Source of the DNA: Auanema rhodensis
Taxonomy: Eukaryota; Animalia; Nematoda
Reading direction: 5' to 3'
Assembly (NCBI GenBank): GCA_964057225.1
Contig: CAXKVF010000080.1
Span: forward strand, 310,001-374,000
DNA: 64,000 bases
Both the position numbers and the translations under genes were made by a program. Shown piece after piece: positions 1-12,100 of the stretch; position 1 is the stretch's first letter; each line of letters starts with the position of its first letter. Under the pieces are notes generated by a model, which saw nothing but the letters and a program-made list of their open reading frames with translations, was not told the origin of the DNA and made no database searches.

Positions 1-70
1 GATGCGGTTTTCAAAATTAGATTCCCCATGTCCATATTAGTCTAAAAACAAATTTTTATTGATATTGGTG

Positions 71-83
71 CATGGTAACCATG
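71..83. other. Interrupted palindrome CATGGT-A-ACCATG, present in nearly every monomer; 7-1-7 in T and C state monomers
   Basis: The reverse complement of CATGGT is ACCATG. With T at monomer position 70 it extends to TCATGGT-A-ACCATGA (e.g. 246-260). It contains the BstEII site GGTNACC. Confidence 0.9.
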
Positions 84-157
84 ACTTTGAAATTTACGTG
101 AACTTTAATTTATGCTAATTAAATGTACACGTGATGTGCACTTGGTATGTAACTCGC

Positions 158-167
158 TTCACGTGAA
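158..167. other. Perfect 10-bp palindrome TTCACGTGAA with an E-box core; second CACGTG at 128-133; present in nearly every monomer
   Basis: Read directly from the monomer. CACGTG is the canonical bHLH/bHLH-ZIP E-box (plant G-box). Protein binding is not demonstrated. Confidence 0.8.
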
Positions 168-3100
168 AGATAAAGAGATGCGGTTTTCAAAATTAGATTC
201 CCCATGTCCATATTAGTCTAAAAACAAATTTTTATTGATATTGGTTCATGGTAACCATGACTTTGAAATTTACGTGAACTTTAATTTATGCTAATTAAAT
301 GTACACGTGATGTGCACTTGGTATGTAACTCGCTTCACGTGAAAGATAAAGAGATGCGGTTTTCAAAATTAGATTCCCCATGTCCATATTAGTCTAAAAA
401 CAAATTTTTATTGATATTGGTTCATGGTAACCATGACTTTGAAATTTACGTGAACTTTAATTTATGCTAATTAAATGTACACGTGATGTGCACTTGGTAT
501 GTAACTCGCTTCACGTGAAAGATAAAGAGATGCGGTTTTCAAAATTAGATTCCCCATGTCCATATTAGTCTAAAAACAAATTTTTATTGATATTGCTTCA
601 TGGTAACCATGACTTTGAAATTTACGTGAACTTTAATTTATGCTAATTAAATGTACACGTGATGTGCACTTGGTATGTAACTCGCTTCACGTGAAAGATA
701 AAGAGATGCGGTTTTCAAAATTAGATTCCCCATGTCCATATTAGTCTAAAAACAAATTTTTATTGATATTGGTGCATGGTAACCATGACTTTGAAATTTA
801 CGTGAACTTTAATTTATGCTAATTAAATGTACACGTGATGTGCACTTGGTATGTAACTCGCTTCACGTGAAAGATAAAGAGATGCGGTTTTCAAAATTAG
901 ATTCCCCATGTCCATATTAGTCTAAAAACAAATTTTTATTGATATTGCTTCATGGTAACCATGACTTTGAAATTTACGTGAACTTTAATTTATGCTAATT
1001 AAATGTACACGTGATGTGCACTTGGTATGTAACTCGCTTCACGTGAAAGATATAGAGATGCGGTTTTCAAAATTAGATTCCCCATGTCCATATTAGTCTA
1101 AAAACAAATTTTTATTGATATTGCTTCATGGTAACCATGACTTTGAAATTTACGTGAACTTTAATTTATGCTAATTAAATGTACACGTGATGTGCACTTG
1201 GTATGTAACTCGCTTCACTTGAAAGATAAAGAGATGCGGTTTTCAAAATTAGATTCCCCATGTCCATATTAGTCTAAAAACAAATTTTTATTGATATTGC
1301 TTCATGGTAACCATGACTTTGAAATTTACGTGAACTTTAATTTATGCTAATTAAATGTACACGTGATGTGCACTTGGTATGTAACTCGCTTCACGTGAAA
1401 GATAAAGAGATGCGGTTTTCAAAATTAGATTCCCCATGTCCATATTAGTCTAAAAACAAATTTTTATTGATATTGCTTCATGGTAACCATGACTTTGAAA
1501 TTTACGTGAACTTTAATTTATGCTAATTAAATGTACACGTGATGTGCACTTGGTATGTAACTCGCTTCACGTGAAAGATAAAGAGATGCGGTTTTCAAAA
1601 TTAGATTCCCCATGTCCATATTAGTCTAAAAACAAATTTTTATTGATATTGCTTCATGGTAACCATGACTTTGAAATTTACGTGAACTTTAATTTATGCT
1701 AATTAAATGTACACGTGATGTGCACTTGGTATGTAACTCGCTTCACGTGAAAGATAAAGAGATGCGGTTTTCAAAATTAGATTCCCCATGTCCATATTAG
1801 TCTAAAAACAAATTTTTATTGATATTGGTGCATGGTAACCATGACTTTGAAATTTACGTGAACTTTAATTTATGCTAATTAAATGTACACGTGATGTGCA
1901 CTTGGTATGTAACTCGCTTCACGTGAAAGATAAAGAGATGCGGTTTTCAAAATTAGATTCCCCATGTCCATATTAGTCTCAAAACAAATTTTTATTGATA
2001 TTGGTTCATGGTAACCATGACTTTGAAATTTACGTGAACTTTAATTTATGCTAATTAAATGTACACGTGATGTGCACTTGGTATGTAACTCGCTTCACGT
2101 GAAAGATAAAGAGATGCGGTTTTCAAAATTAGATTCCCCATGTCCATATTAGTCTAAAAACAAATTTTTATTGATATTGGTGCATGGTAACCATGACTTT
2201 GAAATTTACGTGAACTTTAATTTATGCTAATTAAATGTACACGTGATGTGCACTTGGTATGTAACTCGCTTCACGTGAAAGATAAAGAGATGCGGTTTTC
2301 AAAATTAGATTCCCCATGTCCATATTAGTCTAAAAACAAATTTTTATTGATATTGGTGCATGGTAACCATGACTTTGAAATTTACGTGAACTTTAATTTA
2401 TGCTAATTAAATGTACACGTGATGTGCACTTGGTATGTAACTCGCTTCACGTGAAAGATAAAGAGATGCGGTTTTCAAAATTAGATTCCCCTAGTCCATA
2501 TTAGTCTAAAAACAAATTTTTATTGATATTGGTTCATGGTAACCATGACTTTGAAATTTACGTGAACTTTAATTTATGCTAATTAAATGTACACGTGATG
2601 TGCACTTGGTATGTAACTCGCTTCACGTGAAAGATAAAGAGATGCGGTTTTCAAAATTAGATTCCCCATGTCCATATTAGTCTAAAAACAAATTTTTATT
2701 GATATTGGTTCATGGTAACCATGACTTTGAATTTTACGTGAACTTTAATTTATGCTAATTAAATGTACACGTGATGTGCACTTGGTATGTAACTCGCTTC
2801 ACGTGAAAGATAAAGAGATGCGGTTTTCAAAATTAGATTCCCCATGTCCATATTAGTCTAAAAACAAATTTTTATTGATATTGCTTCATGGTAACCATGA
2901 CTTTGAAATTTACGTGAACTTTAATTTATGCTAATTAAATGTACACGTGATGTGCACTTGGTATGTAACTCGCTTCACGTGAAAGATAAAGAGATGCGGT
3001 TTTCAAAATTAGATTCCCCATGTCCATATTAGTCTCAAAACAAATTTTTATTGATATTGGTTCATGGTAACCATGACTTTGAAATTTACGTGAACTTTAA

Positions 3101-6100
3101 TTTATGCTAATTAAATGTACACGTGATGTGCACTTGGTATGTAACTCGCTTCACGTGAAAGATAAAGAGATGCGGTTTTCAAAATTAGATTCCCCATGTC
3201 CATATTAGTCTAAAAACAAATTTTTATTGATATTGGTGCATGGTAACCATGACTTTGAAATTTACGTGAACTTTAATTTATGCTAATTAAATGTACACGT
3301 GATGTGCACTTGGTATGTAACTCGCTTCACGTGAAAGATAAAGAGATGCGGTTTTCAAAATTAGATTCCCCATGTCCATATTAGTCTAAAAACAAATTTT
3401 TATTGATATTGGTGCATGGTAACCATGACTTTGAAATTTACGTGAACTTTAATTTATGCTAATTAAATGTACACGTGATGTGCACTTGTTATGTAACTCG
3501 CTTCACGTGAAAGATAAAGAGATGCGGTTTTCAAAAATAGATTCCCCATGTCCATATTAGTCTAAAAACAAATTTTTATTGATATTGGTTCATGGTAACC
3601 ATGACTTTGAAATTTACGTGAACTTTAATTTATGCTAATTAAATGTACACGTGATGTGCACTTGGTATGTAACTCGCTTCACGTGAAAGATAAAGAGATG
3701 CGGTTTTCAAAATTAGATTCCCCATGTCCATATTAGTCTAAAAACAAATTTTTATTGATATTGGTGCATGGTAACCATGACTTTGAAATTTACGTGAACT
3801 TTAATTTATGCTAATTAAATGTACACGTGATGTGCACTTGGTATGTAACTCGCTTCACGTGAAAGATAAAGAGATGCGGTTTTCAAAATTAGATTCCCCA
3901 TGTCCATATTAGTCTAAAAACAAATTTTTATTGATATTGGTGCATGGTAACCATGACTTTGAAATTTACGTGAACTTTAATTTATGCTAATTAAATGTAC
4001 ACGTGATGTGCACTTGGTATGTAACTCGCTTCACGTGAAAGATAAAGAGATGCGGTTTTCAAAATTAGATTCCCCATGTCCATATTAGTCTCAAAACAAA
4101 TTTTTATTGATATTGGTTCATGGTAACCATGACTTTGAAATTTACGTGAACTTTAATTTATGCTAATTAAATGTACACGTGATGTGCACTTGGTATGTAA
4201 CTCGCTTCACGTGAAAGATAAAGAGATGCGGTTTTCAAAATTAGATTCCCCATGTCCATATTAGTCTAAAAACAAATTTTTATTGATATTGCTTCATGGT
4301 AACCATGACTTTGAAATTTACGTGAACTTTAATTTATGCTAATTAAATGTACACGTGATGTGCACTTGGTATGTAACTCGCTTCACGTGAAAGATAAAGA
4401 GATGCGGTTTTCAAAATTAGATTCCCCCTGTCCATATTAGTCTAAAAACAAATTTTTATTGATATTGCTTCATGGTAACCATGACTTTGAAATTTACGTG
4501 AACTTTAATTTATGCTAATTAAATGTACACGTGATGTGCACTTGGTATGTAACTCGCTTCACGTGAAAGATAAAGAGATGCGGTTTTCAAAATTAGATTC
4601 CCCATGTCCATATTAGTCTAAAAACAAATTTTTATTGATATTGCTTCATGGTAACCATGACTTTGAAATTTACGTGAACTTTAATTTATGCTAATTAAAT
4701 GTACACGTGATGTGCACTTGGTATGTAACTCGCTTCACGTGAAAGATAAAGAGATGCGGTTTTCAAAATTAGATTCCCCATGTCCATATTAGTCTAAAAA
4801 CAAATTTTTATTGATATTGGTGCATGGTAACCATGACTTTGAAATTTACGTGAACTTTAATTTATGCTAATTAAATGTACACGTGATGTGCACTTGGTAT
4901 GTAACTCGCTTCACGTGAAAGATAAAGAGATGCGGTTTTCAAAATTAGATTCCCCATGTCCATATTAGTCTCAAAACAAATTTTTATTGATATTGGTTCA
5001 TGGTAACCATGACTTTGAAATTTACGTGAACTTTAATTTATGCTAATTAAATGTACACGTGATGTGCACTTGGTATGTAACTCGCTTCACGTGAAAGATA
5101 AAGAGATGCGGTTTTCAAAATTAGATTCCCCATGTCCATATTAGTCTAAAAACAAATTTTTATTGATATTGCTTCATGGTAACCATGACTTTGAAATTTA
5201 CGTGAACTTTAATTTATGCTAATTAAATGTACACGTGATGTGCACTTGGTATGTAACTCGCTTCACGTGAAAGATAAAGAGATGCGGTTTTCAAAATTAG
5301 ATTCCCCCTGTCCATATTAGTCTAAAAACAAATTTTTATTGATATTGCTTCATGGTAACCATGACTTTGAAATTTACGTGAACTTTAATTTATGCTAATT
5401 AAATGTACACGTGATGTGCACTTGGTATGTAACTCGCTTCACGTGAAAGATAAAGAGATGCGGTTTTCAAAATTAGATTCCCCATGTCCATATTAGTCTA
5501 AAAACAAATTTTTATTGATATTGCTTCATGGTAACCATGACTTTGAAATTTACGTGAACTTTAATTTATGCTAATTAAATGTACACGTGATGTGCACTTG
5601 GTATGTAACTCGCTTCACGTGAAAGATAAAGAGATGCGGTTTTCAAAATTAGATTCCCCATGTCCATATTAGTCTAAAAACAAATTTTTATTGATATTGG
5701 TGCATGGTAACCATGACTTTGAAATTTACGTGAACTTTAATTTATGCTAATTAAATGTACACGTGATGTGCACTTGTTATGTAACTCGCTTCACGTGAAA
5801 GATAAAGAGATGCGGTTTTCAAAATTAGATTCCCCATGTCCATATTAGTCTAAAAACAAATTTTTATTGATATTGGTTCATGGTAACCATGACTTTGAAA
5901 TTTACGTGAACTTTAATTTATGCTAATTAAATGTACACGTGATGTGCACTTGGTATGTAACTCGCTTCACGTGAAAGATAAAGAGATGCGGTTTTCAAAA
6001 TTAGATTCCCCATTTCCATATTAGTCTAAAAACAAATTTTTATTGATATTGGTGCATGGTAACCATGACTTTGAAATTTACGTGAACTTTAATTTATGCT

Positions 6101-9100
6101 AATTAAATGTACACGTGATGTGCACTTGGTATGTAACTCGCTTCACGTGAAAGATAAAGAGATGCGGTTTTCAAAATTAGATTCCCCATGTCCATATTAG
6201 TCTAAAAACAAATTTTTATTGATATTGGTGCATGGTAACCATGACTTTGAAATTTACGTGAACTTTAATTTATGCTAATTAAATGTACACGTGATGTGCA
6301 CTTGGTATGTAACTCGCTTCACGTGAAAGATAAAGAGATGCGGTTTTCAAAATTAGATTCCCCATGTCCATATTAGTCTCAAAACAAATTTTTATTGATA
6401 TTGGTTCATGGTAACCATGACTTTGAAATTTACGTGAACTTTAATTTATGCTAATTAAATGTACACGTGATGTGCACTTGGTATGTAACTCGCTTCACGT
6501 GAAAGATAAAGAGATGCGGTTTTCAAAATTAGATTCCCCATGTCCATATTAGTCTAAAAACAAATTTTTATTGATATTGCTTCATGGTAACCATGACTTT
6601 GAAATTTACGTGAACTTTAATTTATGCTAATTAAATGTACACGTGATGTGCACTTGGTATGTAACTCGCTTCACGTGAAAGATAAAGAGATGCGGTTTTC
6701 AAAATTAGATTCCCCATGTCCATATTAGTCTAAAAACAAATTTTTATTGATATTGGTGCATGGTAACCATGACTTTGAAATTTACGTGAACTTTAATTTA
6801 TGCTAATTAAATGTACACGTGATGTGCACTTGTTATGTAACTCGCTTCACGTGAAAGATAAAGAGATGCGGTTTTCAAAATTAGATTCCCCATGTCCATA
6901 TTAGTCTAAAAACAAATTTTTATTGATATTGGTTCATGGTAACCATGACTTTGAAATTTACGTGAACTTTAATTTATGCTAATTAAATGTACACGTGATG
7001 TGCACTTGGTATGTAACTCGCTTCACGTGAAAGATAAAGAGATGCGGTTTTCAAAATTAGATTCCCCATTTCCATATTAGTCTAAAAACAAATTTTTATT
7101 GATATTGGTGCATGGTAACCATGACTTTGAAATTTACGTGAACTTTAATTTATGCTAATTAAATGTACACGTGATGTGCACTTGGTATGTAACTCGCTTC
7201 ACGTGAAAGATAAAGAGATGCGGTTTTCAAAATTAGATTCCCCATGTCCATATTAGTCTAAAAACAAATTTTTATTGATATTGGTGCATGGTAACCATGA
7301 CTTTGAAATTTACGTGAACTTTAATTTATGCTAATTAAATGTACACGTGATGTGCACTTGGTATGTAACTCGCTTCACGTGAAAGATAAAGAGATGCGGT
7401 TTTCAAAATTAGATTCCCCATGTCCATATTAGTCTCAAAACAAATTTTTATTGATATTGGTTCATGGTAACCATGACTTTGAAATTTACGTGAACTTTAA
7501 TTTATGCTAATTAAATGTACACGTGATGTGCACTTGGTATGTAACTCGCTTCACGTGAAAGATAAAGAGATGCGGTTTTCAAAATTAGATTCCCCATGTC
7601 CATATTAGTCTAAAAACAAATTTTTATTGATATTGCTTCATGGTAACCATGACTTTGAAATTTACGTGAACTTTAATTTATGCTAATTAAATGTACACGT
7701 GATGTGCACTTGGTATGTAACTCGCTTCACGTGAAAGATAAAGAGATGCGGTTTTCAAAATTAGATTCCCCCTGTCCATATTAGTCTAAAAACAAATTTT
7801 TATTGATATTGCTTCATGGTAACCATGACTTTGAAATTTACGTGAACTTTAATTTATGCTAATTGAATGTACACGTGATGTGCACTTGGTATGTAACTCG
7901 CTTCACGTGAAAGATAAAGAGATGCGGTTTTCAAAATTAGATTCCCCATGTCCATATTAGTCTAAAAACAAATTTTTATTGATATTGCTTCATGGTAACC
8001 ATGACTTTGAAATTTACGTGAACTTTAATTTATGCTAATTAAATGTACACGTGATGTGCACTTGGTATGTAACTCGCTTCACGTGAAAGATAAAGAGATG
8101 CGGTTTTCAAAATTAGATTCCCCATGTCCATATTAGTCTAAAAACAAATTTTTATTGATATTGGTGCATGGTAACCATGACTTTGAAATTTACGTGAACT
8201 TTAATTTATGCTAATTAAATGTACACGTGATGTGCACTTGTTATGTAACTCATTTCACGTGAAAGATAAAGAGATGCGGTTTTCAAAATTAGATTCCCCA
8301 TGTCCATATTAGTCTAAAAACAAATTTTTATTGATATTGGTTCATGGTAACCATGACTTTGAAATTTACGTGAACTTTAATTTATGCTAATCAAATGTAC
8401 ACGTGATGTGCACTTGGTATGTAACTCGCTTCACGTGAAAGATAAAGAGATGCGGTTTTCAAAATTAGATTCCCCATGTCCATATTAGTCTAAAAACAAA
8501 TTTTTATTGATATTGGTGCATGGTAACCATGACTTTGAAATTTACGTGAACTTTAATTTATGCTAATTAAATGTACACGTGATGTGCACTTGGTATGTAA
8601 CTCGCTTCACGTGAAAGATAAAGAGATGCGGTTTTCAAAATTAGATTCCCCTAGTCCATATTAGTCTAAAAACAAATTTTTATTGATATTGGTTCATGGT
8701 AACCATGACTTTGAAATTTACGTGAACTTTAATTTATGCTAATTAAATGTACACGTGATGTGCACTTGGTATGTAACTCGCTTCACGTGAAAGATAAAGA
8801 GATGCGGTTTTCAAAATTAGATTCCCCATGTCCATATTAGTCTAAAAACAAATTTTTATTGATATTGGTTCATGGTAACCATGACTTTGAATTTTACGTG
8901 AACTTTAATTTATGCTAATTAAATGTACACGTGATGTGCACTTGGTATGTAACTCGCTTCACGTGAAAGATAAAGAGATGCGGTTTTCAAAATTAGATTC
9001 CCCATGTCCATATTAGTCTAAAAACAAATTTTTATTGATATTGGTGCATGGTAACCATGACTTTGAAATTTACGTGAACTTTAATTTATGCTAATTAAAT

Positions 9101-12100
9101 GTACACGTGATGTGCACTTGGTATGTAACTCGCTTCACGTGAAAGATAAAGAGATGCGGTTTTCAAAATTAGATTCCCCATGTCCATATTAGTCTAAAAA
9201 CAAATTTTTATTGATATTGGTGCATGGTAACCATGACTTTGAAATTTACGTGAACTTTAATTTATGCTAATTAAATGTACACGTGATGTGCACTTGTTAT
9301 GTAACTCGCTTCACGTGAAAGATAAAGAGATGCGGTTTTCAAAAATAGATTCCCCATGTCCATATTAGTCTAAAAACAAATTTTTATTGATATTGGTTCA
9401 TGGTAACCATGACTTTGAAATTTACGTGAACTTTAATTTATGCTAATTAAATGTACACGTGATGTGCACTTGGTATGTAACTCGCTTCACGTGAAAGATA
9501 AAGAGATGCGGTTTTCAAAATTAGATTCCCCATGTCCATATTAGTCTAAAAACAAATTTTTATTGATATTGGTGCATGGTAACCATGACTTTGAAATTTA
9601 CGTGAACTTTAATTTATGCTAATTAAATGTACACGTGATGTGCACTTGGTATGTAACTCGCTTCACGTGAAAGATAAAGAGATGCGGTTTTCAAAATTAG
9701 ATTCCCCATGTCCATATTAGTCTCAAAACAAATTTTTATTGATATTGGTTCATGGTAACCATGACTTTGAAATTTACGTGAACTTTAATTTATGCTAATT
9801 AAATGTACACGTGATGTGCACTTGGTATGTAACTCGCTTCACGTGAAAGATAAAGAGATGCTGTTTTCAAAATTAGATTCCCCATGTCCATATTAGTCTA
9901 AAAACAAATTTTTATTGATATTGCTTCATGGTAACCATGACTTTGAAATTTACGTGAACTTTAATTTATGCTAATTAAATGTACACGTGATGTGCACTTG
10001 GTATGTAACTCGCTTCACGTGAAAGATAAAGAGATGCGGTTTTCAAAATTAGATTCCCCCTGTCCATATTAGTCTAAAAACAAATTTTTATTGATATTGC
10101 TTCATGGTAACCATGACTTTGAAATTTACGTGAACTTTAATTTATGCTAATTAAATGTACACGTGATGTGCACTTGGTATGTAACTCGCTTCACGTGAAA
10201 GATAAAGAGATGCGGTTTTCAAAATTAGATTCCCCATGTCCATATTAGTCTAAAAACAAATTTTTATTGATATTGCTTCATGGTAACCATGACTTTGAAA
10301 TTTACGTGAACTTTAATTTATGCTAATTAAATGTACACGTGATGTGCACTTGGTATGTAACTCGCTTCACGTGAAAGATAAAGAGATGCGGTTTTCAAAA
10401 TTAGATTCCCCATGTCCATATTAGTCTAAAAACAAATTTTTATTGATATTGGTGCATGGTAACCATGACTTTGAAATTTACGTGAACTTTAATTTATGCT
10501 AATTAAATGTACACGTGATGTGCACTTGGTATGTAACTCGCTTCACGTGAAAGATAAAGAGATGCGGTTTTCAAAATTAGATTCCCCATGTCCATATTAG
10601 TCTCAAAACAAATTTTTATTGATATTGGTTCATGGTAACCATGACTTTGAAATTTACGTGAACTTTAATTTATGCTAATTAAATGTACACGTGATGTGCA
10701 CTTGGTATGTAACTCGCTTCACGTGAAAGATAAAGAGATGCGGTTTTCAAAATTAGATTCCCCATGTCCATATTAGTCTAAAAACAAATTTTTATTGATA
10801 TTGCTTCATGGTAACCATGACTTTGAAATTTACGTGAACTTTAATTTATGCTAATTAAATGTACACGTGATGTGCACTTGGTATGTAACTCGCTTCACGT
10901 GAAAGATAAAGAGATGCGGTTTTCAAAATTAGATTCCCCCTGTCCATATTAGTCTAAAAACAAATTTTTATTGATATTGCTTCATGGTAACCATGACTTT
11001 GAAATTTACGTGAACTTTAATTTATGCTAATTAAATGTACACGTGATGTGCACTTGGTATGTAACTCGCTTCACGTGAAAGATAAAGAGATGCGGTTTTC
11101 AAAATTAGATTCCCCATGTCCATATTAGTCTAAAAACAAATTTTTATTGATATTGCTTCATGGTAACCATGACTTTGAAATTTACGTGAACTTTAATTTA
11201 TGCTAATTAAATGTACACGTGATGTGCACTTGGTATGTAACTCGCTTCACGTGAAAGATAAAGAGATGCGGTTTTCAAAATTAGATTCCCCATGTCCATA
11301 TTAGTCTAAAAACAAATTTTTATTGATATTGGTGCATGGTGACCATGACTTTGAAATTTACGTGAACTTTAATTTATGCTAATTAAATGTACACGTGATG
11401 TGCACTTGTTATGTAACTCGCTTCACGTGAAAGATAAAGAGATGCGGTTTTCAAAATTAGATTCCCCATGTCCATATTAGTCTAAAAACAAATTTTTATT
11501 GATATTGGTTCATGGTAACCATGACTTTGAAATTTACGTGAACTTTAATTTATGCTAATTAAATGTACACGTGATGTGCACTTGGTATGTAACTCGCTTC
11601 ACGTGAAAGATAAAGAGATGCGGTTTTCAAAATTAGATTCCCCATTTCCATATTAGTCTAAAAACAAATTTTTATTGATATTGGTGCATGGTAACCATGA
11701 CTTTGAAATTTACGTGAACTTTAATTTATGCTAATTAAATGTACACGTGATGTGCACTTGGTATGTAACTCGCTTCACGTGAAAGATAAAGAGATGCGGT
11801 TTTCAAAATTAGATTCCCCATGTCCATATTAGTCTAAAAACAAATTTTTATTGATATTGGTGCATGGTAACCATGACTTTGAAATTTACGTGAACTTTAA
11901 TTTATGCTAATTAAATGTACACGTGATGTGCACTTGGTATGTAACTCGCTTCACGTGAAAGATAAAGAGATGCGGTTTTCAAAATTAGATTCCCCATGTC
12001 CATATTAGTCTCAAAACAAATTTTTATTGATATTGGTTCATGGTAACCATGACTTTGAAATTTACGTGAACTTTAATTTATGCTAATTAAATGTACACGT

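Noticed and set aside
8-174. 10-bp phased A-tracts causing intrinsic curvature
   Set aside because: A/T tracts are present (8-16, 44-57, 86-95, 104-123, 166-174) but I could not establish a clean 10-bp phase by eye; this needs a curvature or Fourier calculation.
1-176. CENP-B box
   Set aside because: No match to NTTCGNNNNANNCGGGN on either strand.
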